Shown here one piece after another: positions 38,260 to 46,817 of a stretch of 64,000 nt of DNA. Within the stretch, counting starts at the first letter, position 1. Every line of letters starts with the position of its first letter. This stretch comes from an uncultured Slackia sp. (GTDB lineage: Bacteria > Actinomycetota > Coriobacteriia > Coriobacteriales > Eggerthellaceae), in the NCBI RefSeq assembly GCF_959608125.1, contig NZ_CAUHPG010000007.1, positions 23,578 to 87,577 of the forward strand. The letters are read 5' to 3'. A program made the translations under genes and the position numbers. The notes under the pieces were generated by a model. The model made no database searches. It saw only the letters and a program-made list of their open reading frames with translations, and was not told the origin of the DNA.

Positions 38260-39450
38260 ATGGCAGCATCCAACAACATCGGCAATCAGATTCGCGACGC
38301 GGTCCAACAGGCCGTCTCTTCGCAGGACTACCGCGAACTTCAGGCAACCGTGGAACGCTCTATCGGCACGGCCGCCGAAAACATCGGCAAAGGCCTGGCC
38401 CAAGCATCCAGCAGCATTCGTCGCGCCCAAGAGGAATACGCAAAAGAAGTGCAGCGCAAGCAGCAGCAAGCCACCATGCAGACGATTTACGCGAAAACGG
38501 GCGGAGCGCGCGCGGCTGGCATCGCTATGGCAGGGTGGGGCGCCTTCTTCATGGTGCCATGCCTTCTGGGAGCGGGAATCATGTCCGTCAGCGGAAGCGT
38601 TCTGCTCACCGTTCCTCCACTGCTGCTCGCGGCAGGCGGTGCGGCGCTGCTTTATGCAGGCATCAAAAAGCTCGAGCTGGTCAAACGCTTCGAGAACTAC
38701 CGCGATACCATCGGCGTTCGCGAACATTGTATGCTCGATGAACTGGCTGCAGGAACGGCAAGCTCTCCGAAAGCCGTTTTGAAAAACGTGAAGAAAATGC
38801 TTGGCAAAGGCATGTTCAAGCAAGCGGCGCTCGACGATTCCGAAACCATGCTGATCATGACGCGCGATGCCTACAAACAGTACCGCGAGGCCCAGATGGA
38901 AGCCCAGCACCGCCGCCACCAGCAGGACCTCGCGCAAAGCGTGGCCCCCGAAATAGCCGAAAAGAAGCCCCTGACGCCCGAAGCCCAGGCGCTCCTGACG
39001 CGTGGCGAGGCCTACATCGCACGCATCCGTGCGAACAACGACGCCATCAAAGGCGAGGAAATCTCGAGGAAAATCGACCAGATCGAACACGTCGTGCGCA
39101 CTATTTTCGACCGTGCGGCCGAACAACCCCAGGTCATCGATGACCTGGGCAAGCTGATGGATTACTACCTGCCCACTACGGTCAAGTTGCTCGACGCTTA
39201 TCGCGACCTCGATGCGCAGCCCGTCCAGGGCCCCAACATCGCCGCCTCGAAGCATGAAATCGAAGCGACCCTCGACACGCTGAGCGTCGCCTTCGAAAAG
39301 CTGCTCGACTCGATCTTCCGCGACATGGCGTGGAACGTTTCGTCCGACATCTCGGTATTGCGCACCGTACTCGCCCAGGAAGGCCTGGTCGACAGCCCGC
39401 TCAAAAGCCAGACAAACGGCCCGCAGAAGCCGCAGCAGCCGCTTTCCTAA
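38260..39450 (+). CDS. 5-bromo-4-chloroindolyl phosphate hydrolysis (XpaC-like) protein
   Basis: Two TM segments; YYLPTTVKLLDAY; DISVL...LAQEGL; upstream of telA. Confidence 0.85.
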   Translation: MAASNNIGNQIRDAVQQAVSSQDYRELQATVERSIGTAAENIGKGLAQASSSIRRAQEEYAKEVQRKQQQATMQTIYAKTGGARAAGIAMAGWGAFFMVPCLLGAGIMSVSGSVLLTVPPLLLAAGGAALLYAGIKKLELVKRFENYRDTIGVREHCMLDELAAGTASSPKAVLKNVKKMLGKGMFKQAALDDSETMLIMTRDAYKQYREAQMEAQHRRHQQDLAQSVAPEIAEKKPLTPEAQALLTRGEAYIARIRANNDAIKGEEISRKIDQIEHVVRTIFDRAAEQPQVIDDLGKLMDYYLPTTVKLLDAYRDLDAQPVQGPNIAASKHEIEATLDTLSVAFEKLLDSIFRDMAWNVSSDISVLRTVLAQEGLVDSPLKSQTNGPQKPQQPLS

Positions 39451-39491
39451 CGACGGCCCGAACCGCCGCTCGAACGTCCAAGGAGGACTCC

Positions 39492-40898
39492 ATGACCGAC
39501 ACCGTGAACAATCCGCTTGCAAACGACGCGCCCGCTCCCACGCTCACGCTGACGCCCGTCCTCGACGACGCGCCCGCTCCAGCCGCGGCCGCACAGCCCG
39601 TGGTAGCGATCGAAGAGCAGCCCGCCGCAGCCAATAAGCTCGACGACAGCATGCTCACCGCCGAAGAAAAGCAGATGGTCGACAATTTCGCGCAGCAAAT
39701 CGACGTACGCGATTCCGGCCTCGTGTTGCAATACGGCGCGGGCGCCCAGAAAAAGATGGCCGACTTCAGCGAAACAGCGCTCGCCAACGTACGCACGCAA
39801 GACCTCGGAGAAGTGGGCGATTTGATCAGCGGCGTGGTCACCGAGCTGCGCAGTTTCGACGCCACCGAAGAAAAGGGGCTGTTCGGCTTCTTCAAGAAGG
39901 GCGCCAACAAGGTCGAGGCGCTGCGCGCCCGCTATGACAAGGCCGAAGGCAACGTCGACAAGATCGTGAAGGCGCTGCAGGGCCATCAGATGAAGCTGAT
40001 GAAGGACGCGGCGATGCTCGACAAGATGTACGAGCTCAACCTGACGTATTTCAAAGAGCTGACCATGTATATCCTGGCGGGCAAGAAAAAGCTCGCCCAA
40101 GTGCGCGAGGTCGAGCTGAAGGAGCTCATCGCGAAGGCCCATGCCAGCGGCCGCGCCGAAGACGCCCAGGCGGCACAGGACCTCGAGGCCATGTGCACGC
40201 GCTTCGAGAAGAAGATTTCCGACCTGGACCTCACGCGCACGATCGCCATGCAGACTGCGCCGCAGATCCGTCTGGTGCAGAACAACGAAGTCACCATGGT
40301 CGAAAAGATCCAAACCACGATCGTGAACACCATCCCTCTGTGGAAGAGCCAGATGGTGCTGGCGCTCGGCATTGCGAACTCCGCCGAAGCGGTACGCGCC
40401 CAGAACGCCGTCACCAACATGACCAACGACCTGCTGAAGAAAAACGCCGAGATGCTGCACACCTCAACCGTCGAGGTGGCGCGCGAATCCGAGCGCGGCA
40501 TCGTGGATATCGAGACTCTCAAGAACACCAACGATACGCTGATCAAGACCTTCGATGAGGTCATGCAAATCCAGCAGGAAGGCCGCCAGAAGCGCGCCGA
40601 AGCCGAAGCGGAAATGCGACGCATGGAAGCTGAACTCAAGCAGAAGATGCTTGAGATTCCGCTCATTCCGTACATGGCGAAAGAAAACCTTCTCAAAGGG
40701 ACCGGACGCCTTCGGGGGGTCCGGTCCCTTTGCCTTACACGCCTGTCGCCGACACATCGAGACAGATCACGAAACCAAGCGACGCCCGAAACGGGGCGAC
40801 TTCACACCTATGCAAGCCGACGTTCGTCCATAAGCGCGACCTCATCCTGGACGGCGTCAAGCAATTCCTGGCGGGAATGCACGTCGAACTTCCTGTAA
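39492..40898 (+). CDS. Toxic anion resistance protein TelA/YaaN with an abnormal ~80-aa C-terminal run-on
   Basis: YGAGAQKKMA.FS, QIRLVQ, TIPLWKSQM, N.LLKKNAE, ERGIVDIETL; TelA-like sequence ends near 40658 but the first stop is at 40896-40898. Confidence 0.85.
   Translation: MTDTVNNPLANDAPAPTLTLTPVLDDAPAPAAAAQPVVAIEEQPAAANKLDDSMLTAEEKQMVDNFAQQIDVRDSGLVLQYGAGAQKKMADFSETALANVRTQDLGEVGDLISGVVTELRSFDATEEKGLFGFFKKGANKVEALRARYDKAEGNVDKIVKALQGHQMKLMKDAAMLDKMYELNLTYFKELTMYILAGKKKLAQVREVELKELIAKAHASGRAEDAQAAQDLEAMCTRFEKKISDLDLTRTIAMQTAPQIRLVQNNEVTMVEKIQTTIVNTIPLWKSQMVLALGIANSAEAVRAQNAVTNMTNDLLKKNAEMLHTSTVEVARESERGIVDIETLKNTNDTLIKTFDEVMQIQQEGRQKRAEAEAEMRRMEAELKQKMLEIPLIPYMAKENLLKGTGRLRGVRSLCLTRLSPTHRDRSRNQATPETGRLHTYASRRSSISATSSWTASSNSWRECTSNFL
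40694..40732. terminator. Terminator-like hairpin between telA and the convergent luxR
   Basis: CAAAGGGACCGGAC-gCC-TTCG-GGgg-GTCCGGTCCCTTTG, cUUCGg loop. Confidence 0.7.
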
Positions 40899-42442
40899 AT
40901 ATGCGACACGTGCGTTTTCACGGTTCCGTCCGACAAATACAAGGCTTCGCAAATATACGGCCTGCTTCTACCCTGGGCAAGCATCATGAACACGTCGGTT
41001 TCACGCGCCGACAGACAATGATTTCGCGCTATTTCCCGATGATATTCAGCCAATCGACGCTCGACACGAAACTCTTCCACCGATGCCCGAACGTCGTCTC
41101 CCTCCGTTGTTTCGGCCTTCGCGTAAAATCCCCTTGAAGCTATAGAACTGCCACACGACTCATCCGACGGAAGGCGAACCCCGTCCATCTCCTTTACCTC
41201 GGCACCATGAAGAGGGGATGCGGGTCCCATGTCGAGCGAATGTTCTATTTCGAACGGCCTCGTGCTCATGGGCCTGATAGCCGCAACCATGACGAAAAAG
41301 ATAGCGACTACCATGATAGAGCGCATGTCGACCGACGTATCTTGCGCCAAAAACACCCATGGAATGGCGACCAGCCCGAACGCGGCATCGCTAACGCCCT
41401 GGAACATCCATGCGGCAAGCTTCGTCGTACGAATGGCAGTCATAATAAGCGTCCCCGAAAGAAGGTGCCCGAACAGCTCGACGGTGAGATACAGCCAATC
41501 GAAAAGGGGGGCCGGACCTGAAGCCGTGAAAAACTCATCCTGAAGCACGTAGATAACAAATCCCGCAGCCAACACAAGAAACGCAGGCTGAAAACGCACA
41601 AGCATATGGTTGTTGCTATTGCGCACTAACGTGAAATGCGCAAATGCCAGTAAAGCCACGCCGACAGTAGCATAACCCGCAACCGTCGAGACGGGAGACC
41701 CGCTATACCCCTCGCCCCACAATCCCAAGTGGCTCGTTCCCCTCAATGCCGCAAGGACAAGAGAAACGGCCACAAGAAGGAAAAGCAAGTCCGAAACACC
41801 CGCGTTGCTCAACGAACTGCGCGATCGATAATCGTCGAGATTGCCGGACCCGAGATGCGCCATAGCCGAAAGGGACGCGAACGACACCGCTGGAAGCATG
41901 CACGATAACGCGATTTGCACGGCAGTCGGAGCCGAAACACTTAACCACGACCCAAAAACCGTCTTCAAGAAAAGCGCGGCGGCGACCGCCGCTATGGCGA
42001 CAGAAAGACGCCTGGCTTTAGCCAATTCGCAATAGGAGAGAAGTGTCGTAGCGTAGTAACCGACGCCACACAGGAACAACCCCGCAATGGCCACGGCGTC
42101 CGATGGAAAAAACGCTTGCATATGAGAGCCGGAATAAAGCAGCGTTCCAACGACGGAAACAACTAGAGAGAACCTTATCGGCAAAGAGCCCATCTTTTCA
42201 GCATGCTTCGCAAGAGCTATCGAAGCAAAGGCCGCAAGCGTGAAACCGACAAGGAAGAATAGCCGCGAATTTCCCAGACCCTGCACGACCGTGGCCGACG
42301 ATTCGAAACCGAGCCCGTGGCCGAGAAGGTCGGCCCAAAGAATGACGGACATAAGGGCAGTCGCCGCAAGCAGCGCAAGGGCGCCATCCTCATGTTTCAT
42401 ATGCCTGGCGCAAAGCGCGCAAATGCGATTCACCACGTTCAC
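40808..42442 (-). CDS. Multi-pass membrane LuxR-family regulator (start uncertain, 42400-42442)
   Basis: About 12 hydrophobic segments, then LSARETDVF.MLAQGRS...LYLSDGTVKTHVSHIYRKF. Confidence 0.9.
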   Translation of the reverse strand: MNVVNRICALCARHMKHEDGALALLAATALMSVILWADLLGHGLGFESSATVVQGLGNSRLFFLVGFTLAAFASIALAKHAEKMGSLPIRFSLVVSVVGTLLYSGSHMQAFFPSDAVAIAGLFLCGVGYYATTLLSYCELAKARRLSVAIAAVAAALFLKTVFGSWLSVSAPTAVQIALSCMLPAVSFASLSAMAHLGSGNLDDYRSRSSLSNAGVSDLLFLLVAVSLVLAALRGTSHLGLWGEGYSGSPVSTVAGYATVGVALLAFAHFTLVRNSNNHMLVRFQPAFLVLAAGFVIYVLQDEFFTASGPAPLFDWLYLTVELFGHLLSGTLIMTAIRTTKLAAWMFQGVSDAAFGLVAIPWVFLAQDTSVDMRSIMVVAIFFVMVAAIRPMSTRPFEIEHSLDMGPASPLHGAEVKEMDGVRLPSDESCGSSIASRGFYAKAETTEGDDVRASVEEFRVERRLAEYHREIARNHCLSARETDVFMMLAQGRSRPYICEALYLSDGTVKTHVSHIYRKFDVHSRQELLDAVQDEVALMDERRLA

Positions 42443-42704
42443 CGCCCCCCGTATTTCCCTCGACGGATTATAAAGCACGGAATGGAAAGCCTTGCTCGCT
42501 CTTGCCAAGAAATGCCATCCAATCAGGTATTTCGAAGAAAAATCATCCACTTTGGGGATAAGAGATGCATGCTTTTTGACGAATTAAGACGTTTTGGGAG
42601 AAGAACGATAGGGCTGCTCTCGGTATCACGGAAACAAGGCGGCTCGAAGGGGAAACGACGAAGAAAGCACGGGCCGCACCGGACGAGACAGTACAGGAGG
42701 AACC

Positions 42705-44309
42705 ATGGCAGAAATCAATTCCGGCGCAGGCCGCGCCGACCTTCAGACCTCGCGTCGCACTTTCCTCAAGGGGGCGGGCATAACGCTCGCGGGCGTTGCG
42801 GCATTGGGCGTCGCGGGATGCGCGCCAAGCGGAAAGAATTCCAGCAATGCCACAGCAGAGGGCTCTTGGGACGGCGAGTACGACGTCATCGTCGCGGGAG
42901 CCGGAATCGCAGGCCTGACCGCCGCCGTCACCATCGCCGAAGAAGGCGACGGCGCATCATGCCTTCTCTTGGAGAAAGAATCCAAACCCAACGGCAACAG
43001 TCCGTTCTGCGCAGGCTGGCAGATGTATTTCGAAGAGACCGAAGGGCCTCTCAACTACCTCAACCACCTTATCGGCGATTGCACGCCGCAGGAAACGATC
43101 AAGGCATACGTCGAAGAGACCATGCACAACCTGGAATGGGTTCTAGGCCTCGGCGCCAAAGAGGAATGGCTGAACATCTATCGCCCCGAACCTGAGGAAA
43201 CGAATGAGTATGCCGAATACCCCGACAGCCACACAGTAGGCTATCTCCTGTTCAAAACCGAAGGAGACCAGCCTCATCACATCCACGAATTCCTGATGGG
43301 ACTGGTTGAAGCGCACTCCGACATCATTGACTACAAAACGTCCACTCCCATCGAGGCGCTCATCCGTGACGACGAAGGATCCGTCATCGGCGTCGTCGCC
43401 GACGGAAAACGTTACCGAGCCAAGGGCGGCGTCATCATGTGCACGGGCGGCTTCGAAAACGACCAGAAGATGCTTCAAGACTACACGGGCGTCAAGGGTT
43501 ACCCCTATGCAGGCCAGGCAAACACCGGCGACGGACATCGCATATGCCAGAAGGCAGGCGCGGGATTCTGGCATATGCATGGCGGCGCGACCTATTGGCT
43601 CTCGCTTCGCAACCTCGAAAACACGCGCTTCCTCTCCACGCTGTATTCCTTCACCACAAAACAGCACGGCATTACCGTGGGCGTGAACGGACGCAGGTTC
43701 TATCAGGACTTCGACGGCTGCAGCAACTTCAAGAAATACGCGCTTCCCGGCACCGACATCACGCGCAACGTGGGCTATCGCCACGGCATCACTCAATTCG
43801 GCGGCGGAATGGCCCATCTTCCCCTGCCCGAGAAGGGCTGGTTCGTCTTCGACCAAGCGGGGCTCGATGCGGGCGCATGCCCGAAAGACAAATCGGAAGA
43901 CCCCGTCGCCGACGGCTGGGCCGTACGTGCCGACTCCATCGAAGAACTCGCAACGCTTATCGAAGTTCCCGCCGACGAGCTGACGAAAACGGTGAATCAG
44001 TGGAACGAATTCGTCGAACGCGGTGAAGACCTGGCATTCTACCGACCCGCAGACACACTGACGCCGATCGCCCAGGCCCCCTATTATGCAATGCTCTGCG
44101 TTCCTGCCTTGCTGAACACGGACGGCGGTCCGATTCGTAACGAGAAGGGTGAGGTTTGCGACCCCGACGGCAACGCCATTCCTGGCCTTTACTCCGCAGG
44201 CGAATTCGGTTCCATTTGGGGCCACCTGTACCAAGGCGGCGGAAACGTAGGGGAATGCGGCGCATTCGGCCGCATCTCCGCGCGCAACGCGCTGGCCCGA
44301 CTCTCCTAA
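42705..44309 (+). CDS. Tat-exported lipoprotein FAD-dependent oxidoreductase (fumarate reductase/flavocytochrome c superfamily)
   Basis: SRRTFLK, VAGC lipobox, DVIVAGAGIAG, CTGGF, NTGDG, IPGLYSAGE. Confidence 0.92.
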   Translation: MAEINSGAGRADLQTSRRTFLKGAGITLAGVAALGVAGCAPSGKNSSNATAEGSWDGEYDVIVAGAGIAGLTAAVTIAEEGDGASCLLLEKESKPNGNSPFCAGWQMYFEETEGPLNYLNHLIGDCTPQETIKAYVEETMHNLEWVLGLGAKEEWLNIYRPEPEETNEYAEYPDSHTVGYLLFKTEGDQPHHIHEFLMGLVEAHSDIIDYKTSTPIEALIRDDEGSVIGVVADGKRYRAKGGVIMCTGGFENDQKMLQDYTGVKGYPYAGQANTGDGHRICQKAGAGFWHMHGGATYWLSLRNLENTRFLSTLYSFTTKQHGITVGVNGRRFYQDFDGCSNFKKYALPGTDITRNVGYRHGITQFGGGMAHLPLPEKGWFVFDQAGLDAGACPKDKSEDPVADGWAVRADSIEELATLIEVPADELTKTVNQWNEFVERGEDLAFYRPADTLTPIAQAPYYAMLCVPALLNTDGGPIRNEKGEVCDPDGNAIPGLYSAGEFGSIWGHLYQGGGNVGECGAFGRISARNALARLS

Positions 44310-44381
44310 TATTTCGATTCCCCCACGACACGACGCGTGAGCGAACACCCCTCCCTCCGCTCACGCGTCGGCGTCTTGCCC

Positions 44382-44424
44382 GAACGGGGCCGGACGCCCG
44401 AAAACGCCCGGTCCCGTTCCTTTT
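44382..44424 (+). terminator. Terminator after the flavin reductase gene
   Basis: GAACGGGGCCGG...CCGGTCCCGTTC followed by CTTTT. Confidence 0.6.
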
Positions 44425-44530
44425 CCGCCGAGGTCGCACGTCTTGCATCCTTTCGCAAAATGCCTGTTCAACAATGACGACGATATGGTGCTATCCTTTT
44501 AATGCACCAATCTTGCGGAAAGGAGCGATC

Positions 44531-46153
44531 ATGCACGCATCCTCGAAGATCCGACGATTTCTTCTGATAACGGCCACGGCCGCATGCGCCGCGCTCTGCA
44601 TCGCCGCGCCGAGCGCTTTCGCCGGCCAGTTCAGCGATACAAGCGGACATTGGGCCGAAAACGAAGGGGTTATCGACCGAGCCGTCGCCGAAGGAATCGT
44701 GACAGGCTACCCCGACGGGCGATTCGCACCCGACGAAGCGGTCACGCGCGCGCAGACCGTCGCCATGCTTGCCCGCGTCGACGGAGAAGATCTGTCGAAG
44801 TGGCCGAGCACTAACGAAACGCCGTGCGGCGACGTGCCCGATAACGCCTGGTATACGCCTGCGGTCAACTGGGCCTATAGCGAAGGCGTCATGACGGGCG
44901 ACGCAGGCCGCCTTCGCCCTGGAGACCCTATTTCCCGTCAGGAATTCGCCTCCATCCTTGCACGTAAGGCGCAAAACGCAGGATTCCCCATCGGAGGAGA
45001 CGAAGACCGCTGGACGAAATACTCCGACGCCTCGGCCGTAAGCTCCTGGGCCCACAACAATGTGCTGTGGGCCGTCGAAGAGGGCATCATGGGCGCGTCT
45101 TGGAACGTCAACCCGCAAGGCAACGCGACGCGCGCCGAAAGCACCAAGATGATGCTCGTTTCGCTCGACATGTTCAACGGCGCCAAAACGGGCAACCCGC
45201 TCCTGAAATCCCATTTCATAGACGTAGGGCAGGGCGATAGCTGCTTCGTCGAGCTGGGACACGGCAAGTCGATGCTGATCGATACGGGCACCGCGAAATC
45301 GGCTCAGAAAATCGTCTCGTACATCCAGAACCAAGGCTATGGCCGTATCGACTACCTGGTGCTGACGCACCCCGACGCCGACCATATCGGCGGCGCAGCG
45401 GCCGTGCTCGACGCGTTCGCGGTCGGCACCACGTTCATGCCCGACGTGATTTCCACCACGCAGACGTTCGAGCGCACCATCGCAGCCCTCGAGCGCAACG
45501 GCTGCGCCGTGGTTCCCGCCGCTGCGAATACGTCGTTGTTCACCGACGGAAAGCTGAGTGCGCGATTCGTTTCGCCTACGCATATCGTTTCGGGCAAGAC
45601 GAACGAGAACAGCGCGGTTGTCTGGATGGATTACGGCGGCAAGACGTTCTATTACACGGGCGACGCCGACGCAGCCGACCTGGCAAGGGTCGCACCCGGC
45701 CATGTCGATGTGCTGAAGGTTAGCCACCATGGATCGAACACGGGAACGTCGGCGGCTCTCGTGACCAAGACAACGCCCTCTCACGCCGTGATTTCGTGTG
45801 GACTCGATTAACACTACGGACATCCCACCCAAGGCGTCCTGCAGCTTCTCAGCGGCTCCAACGTCTACCGCACCGATTACCAGGGCAGCATCACTGCTTA
45901 CTCCGACACGACGGGGGTCTGGTTCACGACCGCTCCGACCGCGCCCATCGACCCGGCTCCTCAGCCTCAACCGCAGCCTCAGCCAGGACCCGACATGGAC
46001 ACGACGGTATACGTCACCAAGTCAGGATCGAAGTATCACTATGACTGGTGTCCCAGCTTGAACAGGTCGAAAAACCTCACGCCCATGAAAGCAAGCGACG
46101 CCTACAACAGCGGCTACGCAGCCTGCAAGGTTTGCAAGCCGCCGACGTGGTAG
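44531..46153 (+). pseudogene. S-layer-homology + ComEC-like metallo-beta-lactamase nuclease + metal-binding domain, interrupted by an in-frame TAA (45809-45811)
   Basis: Signal peptide, SLH repeats (TRAQ, SRQE, TRAE), DVGQGD, THPDADHIGG, KVSHHGS, ISCGLD*HYGHP, YRTD.QG, PQ linker, KYH..WC...ACKVCKP. Confidence 0.8.
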
Positions 46154-46166
46154 GAGGCGACGGCCC

Positions 46167-46388
46167 ATGACCCGCTATATCATCGACCGTATCGAAGACG
46201 GCCTCGCCGTACTCGAACGCGAAGACGACGAATTCATCACCATGCCGATCGACGACTTGCCGGCAGGCTCCGAACAGCACGATTGTCTGGAATGCAGAAA
46301 AGGGTGCTGGACGATCGATGCGAAACGAACGGAGGAGCGCAAGTCACAGCTGCGCGACAGGCTCGATAGCCTATTCGGACGTTCGTAA
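46167..46388 (+). CDS. DUF3006 family protein
   Basis: IIDRIEDGLAVLE...LP....E; typical neighbour of ComEC-like MBL genes; AGGAGG RBS. Confidence 0.85.
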   Translation: MTRYIIDRIEDGLAVLEREDDEFITMPIDDLPAGSEQHDCLECRKGCWTIDAKRTEERKSQLRDRLDSLFGRS

Positions 46389-46541
46389 TCGAAGGCGACG
46401 ATTCCTATGGATATGCCGGGCGTTTGCGCGCCCGGCATATTTTCGCCCAAATCAGAGGCAGCCCGTATACGTGTTGCTGTAGATATTCAAGCAAGAGGAG
46501 AAAATAAAAAAAGCCGCTCGAAGAGCGGCTTCAAAATTCGA

Positions 46542-46617
46542 TGGTGGTCAGAGAGGGACTTGAACCCCCGGCACGGGGATTTTCAATCCCCTGCTCTACC
46601 AACTGAGCTACCTGACC
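46542..46617 (-). tRNA. tRNA-Phe (GAA), CCA encoded
   Basis: GGTCAGGTAGCTCAGTTGGTAGAGCAGGGGATTGAAAATCCCCGTGCCGGGGGTTCAAGTCCCTCTCTGACCACCA folds as a cloverleaf; terminator hairpin at about 46506-46531. Confidence 0.97.
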
Positions 46618-46639
46618 AGTTGCGCTAGCGCGAGTACAT

Positions 46640-46668
46640 ATATTACCGATGACGTTCTCATTTTGCAA
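46640..46668 (-). promoter_or_regulatory. Sigma70-type promoter of tRNA-Phe
   Basis: TTGCAA-17 bp-TAATAT on the minus strand. Confidence 0.65.
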
Positions 46669-46817
46669 GAAGATTTTCTTATTTTTTCCGCCCGTCATTT
46701 CGAGTGGTCGGCCCTGCATTCGCCAGCACCGTGAAGATCTTAATGAACATAATTTGCTATACAGAGTAAAGAAGGCCCTTCATCAGGACCTTCTTTCACG
46801 CTATAAGAGTTTTCAGG

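Noticed and set aside
40694..44424. Similar GG(A/G)CCGGACGCC...CCGGTCCC hairpins flanking reductase module 1 as a target duplication
   Set aside because: The similarity is short and another terminator (25151-25198) also uses a GGACC/GGTCC stem; insufficient evidence
45956..45985. CCTCAG-type short tandem repeat
   Set aside because: Encodes an ordinary PQ linker in hexamer units; not a frameshifting phase-variation tract
46542..46617. tRNA-Phe as integration site for the adjacent accessory genes
   Set aside because: No duplicated tRNA 3' end and no integrase seen in the window
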